From the NCBI GenBank assembly GCA_044892525.1, contig CM097885.1, forward strand, positions 16,804,001 to 16,868,000: a DNA stretch of 64,000 nucleotides, written 5' to 3'. This stretch comes from Schmidtea polychroa. Taxonomy: Eukaryota. Below the pieces are notes generated by a model. It did no database searches, had not been told where the DNA came from, and worked only from the letters and a program-made list of their open reading frames with translations. The first letter of the stretch is position 1. Each line of letters opens with the position of its first letter. Positions 47,884-60,900 of this stretch are shown in pieces. Made by a program: the position numbers and the translations under genes.

Positions 47884-49155
47884 CTATGAATCGCCTCGTA
47901 CATTTTCAATTATTGAAATCTTTCCACCATATAATTTCATTTCTATTTTCTTTTCTTCTAATATTAATGTATATATTTTTGCCTTAAAATTAGAATCCTT
48001 TGTTATATGAAGAGTAACATCAACATTATTTATAGCTAGACGATCATCTTGATCTGATACATTTATACAAAATATAGAATATAAATTTTTGAAATCTTCT
48101 AAACTTAATTGTGGTTCAACTTTAAAATCATAACATGTTTCAATATAATTTAGATATGGAAATATGTTTTCATTATTTTCAATATTAAATTCCATTCTAT
48201 TTATTGGATAATAAGAACTATTTAATTGAATTTGTATTGATTTTAAATTATCATCTCCAATCTTTTGAATAAACAAGTTGTTATTTTTTTGGAAAGATGA
48301 ATCTACTTCTTTGAATCCAATAAAGATATATCTCGGTCGGTATGCTAAATTTGCTACCTTTATAGAATATGTTGAACCCTCTGTCATACTAAATTCACTA
48401 CAGACTCTATTTAAATAATTTACATTTATAGATTTGTTGGAATTTAATCTTTTAAGGAGTTTGATTTCAGATTGAGGATTTTAAGTCCATTCAGGTATAT
48501 GTAATTCAAGTGTTGATAATTTTAATTTAGCTTTTGTATCCTTGTCTCCATAGAACAATCTTTTATCACCTTCTATTCTATTACAGGTTAATTCTATAAA
48601 AACATTATGAAGTATACGGTTATAGTTTTGAAGGAATCCAAATAAGTGTTTTAATTCAAAATAACCTTCAAATTTTTTAGATTTATAAAGTTCAACTCTT
48701 TTATAGTATCCAAAATTTACATCTAAACCATCTTTATCTAAATCCCCTTCATTAACATCAGGAATCCAACCTGTTAATTCACCATATTCATTTTTATAAT
48801 CACAACCAGTTAAAATAAAATTTAACATTGTAGAATATACTCCTGGATGTAAAACAGTTTCAATTTCTGATGATCCTAGTTTTAATCTCATGTTGGAGAA
48901 TAAATTTGGAAAGAAATTATTTTCTAGGGTTATATCTTTGTTTGCTTCAATTTCTAATTCAATTTTATAATATAATTTAGCATTACAAATATCTATTGGG
49001 TTTGATGTTTGAAGAGATTGAAAAACTATATCAGCCCTACGATTTAAGTTTGCGATAGATCCCGAGGTTGGAGAGATTTTTAAAACATCAATTTTTTTAA
49101 TTTCATGCATAAATTCTTTATTATAATCAAGATTTAATTTATTTTTATTAGCCAT
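47884..49155 (-). pseudogene. Polinton B major capsid protein (double jelly roll), frameshift ~48480
   Basis: ~420 codons; LENNFFPNLFSNMRLKLGSSEIE, LKHLFGF..Y.RIL, RPRYIFIGF, IQIQLNSSYYP, FKNLYSIFCINVS. Confidence 0.8.
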
Positions 49156-49259
49156 TTTTTATATTACTAAATTAGAAATTGCGCAGCTTGCTAGTTTTTA
49201 AGATTTAAAATTTTTAGAATTTTATAAATATAAAATTTTAAAAAATGACAAAAATCCGA

Positions 49260-49341
49260 ACCCTAATAGCGCAGTGGGAATAGACTGGCACAGTGGTTCA
49301 AATGGATAGTGGTTCAAATCCCAACTGACATTATTTTTTTT
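49260..49341 (+). ncRNA. Candidate Pol III small RNA 1 (not a foldable tRNA)
   Basis: A boxes TAGCGCAGTGG (49267) and TGGCACAGTGG (49286), B box GGTTCAAATCCC (49311), T8 terminator 49334-49341. Confidence 0.55.
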
Positions 49342-49412
49342 CAACATAAAATAATATTAAAAATTTGAAAATAATTTTGAAAATAGTGTGTGAAAAAAAA
49401 AATTATTGAAAC

Positions 49413-49506
49413 GGGTATGGTGGCGAACCGGTAATTATCGCCACCAGTCTTTCGAACACACCCCGGATCGATCCCATAATGTGCACATTTATTTCTCAGT
49501 TGTTTT
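49413..49506 (+). ncRNA. Candidate Pol III small RNA 2
   Basis: A-box-like TGGCGAACCGG (49421), B-box-like GGATCGATCCC (49465), 9-bp stem TGGTGGCGA/TCGCCACCA. Confidence 0.35.
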
Positions 49507-50077
49507 CGGACCTCTTTCGGATTCGCTTTCGAATTCATTTGTACTTTCGAGCAGCACGCTTAAAACCGAGAAGCGAATAATAAGGTGTGCTGCTATTATC
49601 AAATTGATTCTGATGTATGAGTCTGGCCAGCTTGTATATTGGAAGAGATTTGATAAACGAAAGAGGTTGAAATTGATCCGGATCAAAAAAACTGTTGAGA
49701 GGACATTGAAAAAAAAAAAACAAATACCACTGTCCCCTCAGAGCAGTTTTACTATTTCATAAATTTTTTTATTCTTCAAGGCATCAAGATTAAGATTTAA
49801 AATTTTTATAGTTTTTTATAGTAGTGGACGTAACGGACGTAACCTTTTTCCGCGGTTCCCTGTCAAGGGGATGGGGGGATTACAGATTTGGGTTGGTAAA
49901 TTAGGGGTTTTTATGAATAAAAGATGTAAAAATAAAGGGTTAAAAAGATGAAAAGGTTTAAAATTTATTAGGTTTTGAGACGGGCGTCCGAGGGTGGGTT
50001 GGGTCCGTGAAGGCCATACTACTCACTATAGCTCATTTGAAAGGCCTTGCACTAAACTTTAAAATAAGTTATCGATC

Positions 50078-53000
50078 TGGTGTGTTACAAGTAATCTAAA
50101 GTTTCCAGCGTAACCCAGAATACAATTGACAGCTGACCACTTGATACCCGTTGAGCAATCAACGTTGGTACTGTATCAAGGGTTTGAGTACTAGCAAAAA
50201 TTGAGCATGCTTAGCATACTATAATTGTCTAGTACCCACTGGGGTTCACGGACTGCCGATAGAAGGCTTATGTCCGATTTTTTTAGGTCCCCGTTACGAC
50301 AATTAACGTTATTGAAAAATCAGAAGACCCGAACGCTAACATAACAACAATTTTATTCGGATCGCACAATTCGCATCGGAGTTCATTATATCCTGGTAGA
50401 CTCCTTCGGGGTTGTCACTAGTAGTGTCGTTGAAATGGTATTTGGGCCAGACTGGCTTGTCTTATCTTAGCCTGTGCAGCATTGCCCGGCCGAATCTTTT
50501 TCCTGGGGGGAATTGAAGGTACGCACTCCTTCGGCTCGTGGAGTAATTCGCTCATAGGTCGAATCTTGGAGATTACCTCTTGATCGATGGCCTGTTGATG
50601 TATCCTGGTCTCCAGCTCCTTCACCCTCAGATGGAGAGCCCGCAACTCGACCTGGTCCTGAGCGCTCTGCAATTTTTATTTAAAAACAAAACACTTCTTC
50701 TTCATGGTACTGGCGACAATGCCATCTGGGAGCTTCTGGTATGATGTGGACGAGCTGAAAACATGCCACAGAGAACTAAATGACACCAAGGGATTTCGAA
50801 ACATTTGAATGTCAAAATATCGTAGAATTGAACTGTGGGAACCACAATGAGGATTTTGTGAGATTTAAATTGATGCAAGGATGAAATATTAAACGAAAAT
50901 GATTGAAGATAATGAGTCATCATTCCCGAAATCCAGATGACATGGTCGCTAGGTGAATTTTCATTTATCGATCTATTTTATTTATGCATTTATTTCGTGC
51001 TGATTTTCATTGGATTGAAGTGAATTGGGTCGATTTGTCCCTCATGACGATACAAGAGTAGTGGGCAGAAATGCGTACTATTCTTGGGTGAGTCGTGAGG
51101 GGTGAAGAAACTCTGTGATGAATGGTAGGGATAGAACACGATAATGACTTCATTGAGTGCGATCGATAGGATCTTTCTCCATAATTTCCATCATCAGAAC
51201 ATGAATTTCCAACAGCTTTGAAGTTAAATTGAATAGATTCCACGAGAAACATGATTTGCACTGTAATTGATAGAACATCTCGTCTTGGCATTTTTGACAA
51301 CCAGTATAGATCTGAATGATTCTTTTCTTGCGAAACATGACTGTTAGAGAATTCAGCCGGAGGTATTGTTAGCAATTGTAATTCACAAGTAGTTCCAACA
51401 CCTTTCGTAGCAAACTTCATGTTTCTGAGACATTTCCGAGAAATAAAGCATCTCGAGTGCATTAGCGACTAAACCCGTGTGTTCATCTATCTGCAGGTCC
51501 AGAGCAGACTCGGTAATCGATTCCTTGACAGGCGACTATCTCCGATAACGAGCCCATCTAGACAGAAATCTCAATATTTTCTGATAATTAACAAAAATAT
51601 TTACCGTAGTCATGAGGAAAACTGCTGTCGGCAACTTCACGAGATATCTTACTTCAGTTTTATCTTGCCCGGGAAATAACTGTAGCCTACTGATAAATAG
51701 TTTCCGAGAAAACATCCAGCGAACGGATTACTGAGTGTCTACCATTGTATAGATGAGATTGCCAATATTTATTGAGGATAAACACTGGCTGAGAAAATCT
51801 TAGACTTAGAATAAACCTCCAAAAGATAAAGCGATAAGTAACGTCAACAATTAGGGAAATCGCGCATCCAGACCATTCATCAGGCAAAAATTCTATCCGT
51901 CGTAAAAATCAAATCATGGTGAGAGGCGCAGGATAAATCATGCACAGCAGCACACGCAGACAAATTTGCCAAATCCTAGCATAGTAGGTGTGCCAGTTTC
52001 GTCATCATGTTGAGGTGAAGCAAGTTATTTCCAGCTTGCATGCACAGGATAGACGATGTTGTTACGGCATAATTAAACGTAGTTGAGATCTCCCTGACAT
52101 TTTCGACGATAATGATTATAATAATTTTATTTTCATCCCTTTCCGTGTATTATAATGTTAAGTGCGTTGAGAGAATTTTTTAACACATTTACCATATAGA
52201 ATGAATAACCATGAATAAGATACATAATGAATTAAATCAAATATAGTTAGAAGTCAGTGACGATAAAGAATAAATGCAAGAATATCTATATATGAAATTT
52301 ATGAATATAATAAAATACTGATTGTCAACCTAAAATATACATATTAGTGATAATATCGACAATGGATTTGATACTTCTCGTTTTCTTTTGGGTTGCATGA
52401 ATTTAGTTGATTGAGGGTAACTGTTGAATGGCTGCGAGGGGTTGAAATCTGTTGAATGACTGCGAGGGGTTGAAATCTGCCGAGGGTCGCAGGGGAGAAC
52501 GGCCGACGATACTACGCAAACCTTAGTTGATCTGTAAATGATACATAAACGATTGCTACCGATTTTTATAGGGATGTTTCTTTAACTTTAGATGACCGTA
52601 CCTACCAGCTCTAGAAAGGATCTTCGTCCGTGTTTTTCTTGTTCCGACAAGAATGAGGACATCAAGAAGTTACATGTCTGTATAAGGGCTTTGAAAAAAC
52701 GTATTGACCTATACGAAGGCACGTGGTTCTCCCCGCCACAGATGAAGGAAGAACGTAATAAAGTCTTGCGTCTGGAGCACTGTCGCGACAGCCTCCTCGA
52801 AGAGAGTAGATGCCAGCGGCTAACCATTAAAGCCCAATCAGAGGCACTACACAAAGTATATACCGAAGCAGAAGTCGCGAAACGCGTCCGAGAATACCCC
52901 ATTCAGGACGGGACCAACGTCTTCCCGGTCCATCACCAGGCATATGGGGCCTCAACATCGTCGACCAGCCGCCCCTTCTCGCACCAGTTCTTTCGGACAC

Positions 53001-56000
53001 TAGGCCAATGACCACTGGTCCGTCGTACCCTATCCTAGCTCCCATCCTTCTTCCTCAGAGTGTCCAGCCTTCCACAGAAGTTGCATCGTCGATCCGGAAG
53101 CGTAAGAGGCCTACGCGTTCCGAGAAAAATCAGAAGCGTCGAAACGCTATCGCGACGTTGGAAGCCTCGCTGTCAGTAGCACATTCAAAGATACAGGAAA
53201 TCACAGCTTCCCACTGGGTATTTGTGATTATGATCCGTGTCTTACTTAAACTCTATTTGTGTATTTTGTTTATGTCTATTACTTACTTGGCGAATTTAAT
53301 ATAATTTTGTCTGTGTTTAGCCTGTTGGTTTGAGATTATTATGTAGTTCATATGAGTTGAATGATCGTCTGGCAATGCAACCGACTGATAGAAGTCGTCC
53401 CCTTGGACCAGGGTCGTACCAAATTTTATGTATGAATACGGGTAAGTCCTTCTATGGCATCTTAGAACCCGAACAGCGAGTCCTAAGATAGGGGCTCACC
53501 TGTTAGCGGACTCCGACCCATGTACGCAGAACCAGAGTGTAACATCACCACGGGCACACATGCGGGAAATTGACAAGATCATCTTGGATATGCCGGGAGT
53601 GTACACTGAGCGGGTTAGAACGATTGTATCCTATTTTTAATTTTCTTCCTCCCCGGATATCCAACAATACTTTGAACCTCGCAAAATAGAGACGGGTAAA
53701 AAAAGAAAAATTGAAATCCCAAACTTTTGTTTATTTATTCCAAAATTGATTTCACAATTATATTAATTAATCGATATTTTAAATATGTTTATATTTATCT
53801 CATTTCCTTTGGCTTTTGTTATCAGTCCTTAGAGAAAATAATGCCACTCAGACCCCCAATGGGAGGGGTATTGCTATGCGTCTTGGATCTGTATCTGGTC
53901 CCTAGCAATTCCCAACCGTTGTGGTAGTGGGTGGCTCCATCGTCAGCAGTTATAACAAGTAATTTCTTTTGTAATTTTAACATGGTTTGGTTTTAGAAGT
54001 TGCAATCTATTGGATACACTGCTTTATTAGAATTGCTCAGTTAATTAATCGTTATTATGTTATGCTATGGACTAATCCTGGTGTGATTTTGTTGATTCCT
54101 GTATCAAGGTAATTTGTTAGGTGATTATAGTAATCTTGCCATCTAAATTAATTGATGAATTTACACAGTCCGAAAATGTTGACTCGTTATCGTGTCAAGG
54201 TGGTGCATATAGAATTAAATCATTTACAGAAGTGCTATAGTTTTAACAGGCAGACAATTCATTAAATAAATCAGGGGTATTTTTACCAACCCAAAATCAT
54301 CGTAGGTGTAACAGCAGGCCGAACAATTAGAATGATCCGGCGATAAGTGATATTGATAACGATCTCTATACGTGGAATTTTATTTATTGACTAATTCATG
54401 TAGAAATACTGTTGCCCTATTCGTGTGAGTTATCACGTCACTACCTGGTGTGTGTATGTGGTGTGCGACTAGTTCTACTGCATGGGGGTCAATATCGGTT
54501 AAATCAACTGGTGATAGTGTGAGGTGTTTCGGCAGCTATGAATTGATGTTTCCAGCGTGGGAGTTAGTATTCTAGTGTGCTGCTTTCATTATGCTTAGAT
54601 GTGAATTCTCATAATTCAATTCAATTGTCAAATCTGAATGTTGCTCCCTCATCAAATCGGAATTATCATATGCCCTTTTCTCAGTGCTATTTTTTAATAT
54701 TATCTGTATTTTGATTCTTGCAGGATGTTCATCCACAGGATATTTCACCCTCGCAATTGCAATGGTAGAACCTTCTATTGACAATTCGTGGAAAATCTCG
54801 ACGTTTATTGGATTCTTATTAAAATGCTTCAAAGCTTAATGGAAAAATACTTCGACACAGTTCTTAGTCTGTGTGCTTGTTGTGATAGTAGGTATTTTGT
54901 GATATCGTTTTCATGCAATAAAACTATATTCATGTGTTATTTTATAACTAAGTTATTTTTAATGGTGTTCTTAAATTATTTCTAATGTAAGACATTTACG
55001 AAGAATGGACTTAAGCTGAACTTAAGCAGTGGATGAGATAGCATTTGTGAAGTTTGATGACGAAAATTACAAGAATGACTTGGAGTGGGATTAGAGTATG
55101 CCTAATATGATGATGATAATCAGAAAAGAATTTACGAACTTTTATGTAGATTTTTCGACAAAACGGATGACCTAAATTTAGTCAAGATAGTACTAATATG
55201 ACGATTGTGTGACATCCCCAATCACTGTGCGAATTCTCTAACGAACTTTCCACCTTTTATACGATTAAACTCTAAATAAGTGTTACTTTCCCAGAATATC
55301 ACTCGTGAATTTTATGTGCATCTTCAGCGACGGACCCGTGAGGAAGCCCCCACATTTCGGCCCGAATCAGCTGCGTGATTGAAATGTTCCATACCCACCG
55401 GCTGAGCACCCGAAGGCCCCTAACACCATGGTAAGAAACATTTCAACTCCACGTTTCTCATAAATTTTAATGAAGCCATAAAATATAAGAATATAAATTA
55501 AAAAAATTATCGACTATTACTACACTATTTAAACTATCTTAACCATAGAAAATTCATTATTACTATTCATATTACGGTAAATTAAATCAAAATGAAGAGA
55601 AAGAAGTTTAATTACATTAAATTTTACTCGAAATAGGTTACATATCGAAATTTAGTTATTCATATAATAATGCTGAATAAAACTTTACAGAAATGTTTTC
55701 CAAAGGTTTTCAGTCAAAAGTTTGATCCGCGGGCTGAGTTGAATGATCGATCTACCTCGTGCTAAATTGATTGTGAAAGTGATTTATTACTAGATTGTCG
55801 TATCTCGAAATTCCTATCTGTGAATTGGCTCTCTAAATGGTTAGATTTTTTAACACTGAAATTTTGATTTCAGTGTTTGACTTATATACTAATTTCCTAT
55901 ATGTGCGGACCAATCAGAATTGAGTACCGCTTAATTATTTAATTTTGATGTTTCTTAGTTGCTTTTCTTATTTTTTCCTTATTTTTATTATATTTTTTAT

Positions 56001-56298
56001 TTATTTCTTTAATTTTCTTATTAATTACTGGGTTTTGTATTATTTTATTTATTATTGTAGTTTTTCCTTATCTTAATTTCTTATTTTTATTCTTTGTTTT
56101 AATTCTCATTTCTTAATTTATTATTTCTTTTGTATACTGAATCTTGTTTATTTTTAAATTTTTGTTTATTTTTATTTATCTATAATCATGCTTATCTTAT
56201 TTCCCTAATTTCTTGTTTCAACTCAGCCCAACACTATGTACCTACGCACCTTAGTCACAATTAGAGTTTTGGGTCTAGAAATCAGTTCTAGCCCAACA
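50078..56298. mobile_element. 6.2-kb TG...CA insertion with a 4-bp TSD; probably an LTR-retroelement derivative (giant solo LTR or non-autonomous element)
   Basis: GATC at 50074-50077 and 56299-56302; removing it restores the TIR sequence TATCGATCGATGAAAT; no gag/pol motifs seen. Confidence 0.75.
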
Positions 56299-57169
56299 GA
56301 TCGATGAAATAAAATTATGGCACTTAATAATATTTTTGAAAAATAATAATAAAAATAATATTTTTTGAAAAATAATAATATGACCTTGATAAGTCATCGC
56401 AATGAGTCATATTACCTTGGGAATGATCCTGGATGAGTCATGCGACCTTGAAAATGACCTTGATGAGTCATTGTTTAAACGATCTTGAAAAAAATTTGAC
56501 CTTGATAAGTCATGGTCGTTGTTTAAATTACCTTGAAAAGTTTGATGAGTCATCGAATGAGCCATGGGCTTTGTTTCAATGACCTTGATGAGTTATATGT
56601 CTTTGTTTAAAATTTGACATTGAAAATTTTCTACCGGGGGGGGTGTGCTAGCGGTGCCCAATCCATCTACTAGCAGGGAATCAAGTTTTCAAATCATAAA
56701 GACGAGCACATCATCAGAAAATGAATTTTGACGTTCACCAAAGCAATAATCCGCTTCACAGACAAAGTACAGAACAAATATTGAGATACGGTAAATGTAT
56801 TGTTTATGATGGAAACGCAAACAGCATTGAGGGACACGTATTTTTCTATCATCCAATCTCTCACAGCCGAAGAACAGTATGAACAATAAAGTGAAAAAAG
56901 AGGCCAGTGGGGAGCAAGACATCAACTAGATAAAATAACGCCAAAAAAACCAAAAGTGACAAAGACAAGAACAATAGATGAAGATCAAGCAATAATAATA
57001 CGAAAGGCAAGAGAAAGCATTTATCCTTAGATCAACCGAGATAAAGGTTTTTTCTGTTAGTCCTCGTCTTAAGTGTTTGCTTAATATAAATAATCGTTCA
57101 GGTAAAACAAATTTTAAAATTTAGTTTATGAATAAATCGTTTCATAGACCCAATGGCTTGTTATTAAAT

Positions 57170-57466
57170 CATTCATTTGTCATAATTGGAGCGATATTAA
57201 ACAGATTAACCGTAAAGATTGGAAGACCAGCGTTATTGTTTATTGGAAGATTTTTTATTGGCATTAATTTTGGAATAACAATTGGTCTATTTCGATATCT
57301 CACTAAAATTGGTCCAACGAAGAGTCGTAGGGCAATTGGTTTTTGCCACAAGTTGGCAGTTACTTTTGGTATAGTGGTAAGTTACTCGTTAACAACGACA
57401 AACTTCGAACACGGATATTTTTTCGGCATGTTGCATGTCCGTGTACAGCTATTATTACAGCATTAG
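57170..57466 (+). pseudogene. GLUT/SLC2-type sugar transporter fragment
   Basis: LLFIGRFFIGINFGITIG..YLTKIGPTKSRRAIGFCHKLAVTFGIVVS matches TM4-5 with a deletion. Confidence 0.7.
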
Positions 57467-57599
57467 GTAACACAATAAAACTTTTATTTTTCGGTCTGCC
57501 AGACATGGTCTTTATTTGTTAATAAGATTTATTTTAACAACCGACGCTGACCTAGTTTATGAATTAAAAAAAATGATTATACACATATATATGGAAGCT

Positions 57600-57999
57600 C
57601 CAAGGGGTAAGGGAAAAGGACAACAGGCCAAAGATGGGAAAGGCACAACAGTAATTAGTCCAGCATTTTACTCTTGGAAGATTGGTTACAAAATGAGATT
57701 GAAAATATACCTGGATGAAGATGGAACGGGAAAAGGAACACACGTCTCAATTTTCTTTCTATTATGTAAAGGAGAGAACGATGAAATTTTAGAATGGTCA
57801 TTCCGAGCTAAAATCGATAAGTATATTGAACGACAGAGCCATCCACGAAGATAGTTTCAAAGCTACGGGCAACCACCTATGTTATCAAAGACCCGTATGG
57901 CAAGAAGGAACTGGAACAGGAGCACCCAACTTCATTACCCAAGAAAAGTTTGAAAAGATGGTGAAGGATAACACAGTATACATGAAGGTGTCATTATAA
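57600..57999 (+). pseudogene. TRAF MATH-domain fragment
   Basis: SPAFYSWKIGYKMRLKIYLDEDGTGKGTHVSIFFLLCKGENDEILEWSF and, in another frame, GAPNFIT...VKDNTVYMKV. Confidence 0.85.
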
Positions 58000-60900
58000 A
58001 AAGAAGGAATTCGCAGAATGGAGTAGTGAAAGGAGAATAAATTGTATATAAATAATTGTACATATCGGTGTATATATCCGAACAAAGTGTTATATAATAC
58101 TGTAGAAAACCGACCACCACAAATAAAAATAAAATAATGCGTAAAATTCAGAAAAATCGACGACGGCACAAATGTAAAAACAAACGAATCTAACCGAATT
58201 AATTCTGTGTAAATATTGTAGAATGACTCAATAGAAGCTCATAGAGAATGAGAAACCCAAAATTCACCAGACAGTAGCGGAGGCCACCGAAAGGCAGTGG
58301 GAGAACGTACACCAATAAATGAACCTAGTGAGAGGTGAAATTGAAGAAACGCGTGAATGGGATAGTAATCAGTCCCAATGGTTACACCAAAACTTAAGAA
58401 CAGAAGCAGAGGCTTGCAAACGAGTGGCAAAATGGTCAGCACTAGACGCCACGAGACAGGAACCGCATGGACAATACCTGAAACAACTGGTAAACGAATC
58501 AAGGAAAAGAATACAAGACGTTTTTGATATATCTTAGGTCACCTTTCAGTTGTAAAATAGTTAAGATGGAAGATGATTTTAAGATTTCGGCTGACAGAAA
58601 AAGGACCTTAGTATTTCAGCTTTCTCAGGCATTTCATTAAGGTTTAGTAAGCCAATGTTAAACATAATGTCTGACTGGCTTTCAATATTTTAAGCCTCTT
58701 TGTTTTTAATTTTAGTAGATTTTATGAGTTTACCACAAATGAGATCTGCTCGGGAAACCCTTTTCTGATTTTAGTTTTTGAATTAGCTGGAATAATTTTT
58801 CAGGATTCTCCGTGATAATTTTTGGGGAAAAAAATTCAGCCATCTCTGGAAAAGATTTATATAGAACTTGTGATCGAAAGTTCTGATGTCTCAACAGTTG
58901 AATTCACACTATTGTGAACAGTCAAAAAGGTCTAGCATGACAATGTCACCCTCCTGATATTTTATCTGACTTTACTAAGTAGTCCGGAGAGTCCTTTGCT
59001 TTTTCAGTGTGTTTAGAGAAATATATATTTGTTGAGGTCTCGGAAAGCTTAGTGGATAGAACAAACAAAAATTTCCTGATTGTTACAGGTGCCTTTGGAA
59101 ATTCGCCTCTATTATTGAATGATGTTACAATACCCGAGTCAATAATAGAGGTCGGTCTGAGTTTCTTTTTTTTTATAGTAACGCACACATTGCCATTCCT
59201 ATAAAAATAGCCAGAAAATCCTTCTATTTTTAAAGTATTGGCAACGGCAGTTATGCTGCTCAACTCAGCATTTACTTTTTCAAATTTTAGAGGGGTCTCC
59301 TTTAATTTGAGGGCTTTAAAGACCGTTGGGAAATTCTTAAAAAAAATGTTCTTCTCTTTAGACTTTAAAGTCCGAACCATATTTAAATTCATCCCACTAT
59401 CAGATTTAGATTTTTGGCGATATTCCAAATTTTAGGAACTTATATTTACTTTGATCTTTAATTTTATAGTTTGATAAAATTTCCGTTTCAGGTTTAATTT
59501 CGCTACAAAATGTTACAGAATTTTCTAATTTAGAAATTTTTATACTTAAAATTATTATAATCTAAATTGGAATTGTTCCCATTTATCCCATTTAGTATTT
59601 TGTAAATCATGATTTTTAAAATCTGGTTTAATTTAACTCTGCGTGTATTATTATTAATTATAACTTTTAGTCCAGAATTCCGCAAATCAGAAAGGACTCT
59701 AAGAGCAGCAGCAGAGTTATTATGAAACTGGACATTTTGAGAGTTTAAAAATAAATCATTTTTATGAAATTTTTGATATTTGTTTTTTAATTAATTTCTA
59801 TGAAATTTAGAAAGATGTTCATCATTAGGATTAAATCACGGGTTTTTATTTAAATAGAATTTACCAAGGCTCTCAACGTTCTTATTTACATTTGTATAAC
59901 ATGGCAAATTCTCTGATGAATAATTTTATTTGAATCATGATTTAAACTTAAATCATTTTTATTTATATTTGCATTATAAGAAAAAAATTTCATCAAATTA
60001 GCTTTCAAATTCCCTCTATGGTATGGAAATTTTTTCTTATTATTAGAATAAGATCCAAAAGACTTCTGGTTATATAAATCAGCAGATAAATTCCCCTTAT
60101 CGGCATTATCATTAAACTTCACATTTATAAAATCAATTATTAAATTAAGTTTATAATTAAACTTACTAATTTCCTTTTCATAACGACTAATTCTCCTATA
60201 GATCCAATCTTCATCAGCCATTAAGATAAATAATTAAATTAATTCAAATTTTTAATCATCATTTTTATCACGACTATTATCGATCGTCCGAGAGCGGCAT
60301 GAGACCGGCTTGCTGAGGAAGAAAATTGACAATTTGGAGGGCACCTGTTTAACCACCGTCCTGATGAAAGAATCAACACAGAAAATGCTAAAACTAGAGC
60401 GTTGTCTCCACAAGCTCTTGGAAGACGTATACCAAGAAATAGCTCGAAGCTCGGATCAAAGGACTATCCTCAGCCGAGAAAAATAATCGATTCCCCACCC
60501 ATCATCGGGTATACGGAATGCAAAATGACTTTAATTGATCAAAAAGAAAATCCTTATTAAATCTAAAAATAAAACAGACACGACAGAAAGGTGTAACAAG
60601 TTAGCATTAAATAGTAGGAAAGCCAAATCAACGAGTTTGACAGGCGTGACAGCGTTCTGTTTAACTACGATCTAATAATTAAATTTATAGTTTTCAAATT
60701 AGAGATTTGATTTGTCAGATATTGCTTGTCAGATTTGCAAGTATTTTCTTACACAAAATAAGGTTAGGAGTGAACTTTGTCAGATTTTTTACCCGAAGTA
60801 TTAAACTATATTTTTGTATTAAAATTGAACAAAAAAATTTGGATTTTGATAATAAACCTTAATTGTGTTAAGTCTTGTTATTTTCGATAGAAACATCTGA

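Larger units (their letters stand above)
35847..50023. mobile_element. Polinton/Maverick B (adintovirus-like, 14.2 kb) inserted in the right TIR of A
   Basis: AGTAGT...ACTACT termini; perfect 6-bp TSD CACTAT (35841-35846, 50024-50029); TIRs ~35847-36100 and ~49795-50023; full replication and virion gene set. Confidence 0.96.
24835..56671. mobile_element. Polinton/Maverick A (outer; ~11.4 kb once the two nested insertions are removed); decayed; no major capsid or protease seen
   Basis: Termini AGTAGATGGATTGGGCACCGCTAGCACACCC...GGGTGTGCTAGCGGTGCCCAATCCATCTACT; ATPase, integrase, penton and pPolB genes; flanks AACGGG/AGCAGG (4/6, possibly a decayed 6-bp TSD). Confidence 0.93.

Noticed and set aside
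49260..49335. tRNA gene
   Set aside because: Box spacing is tRNA-like, but the acceptor, D and anticodon stems do not pair
58946..60221. Minus-strand ORFs as LINE ORF1
   Set aside because: No recognisable motif and no RT/endonuclease nearby
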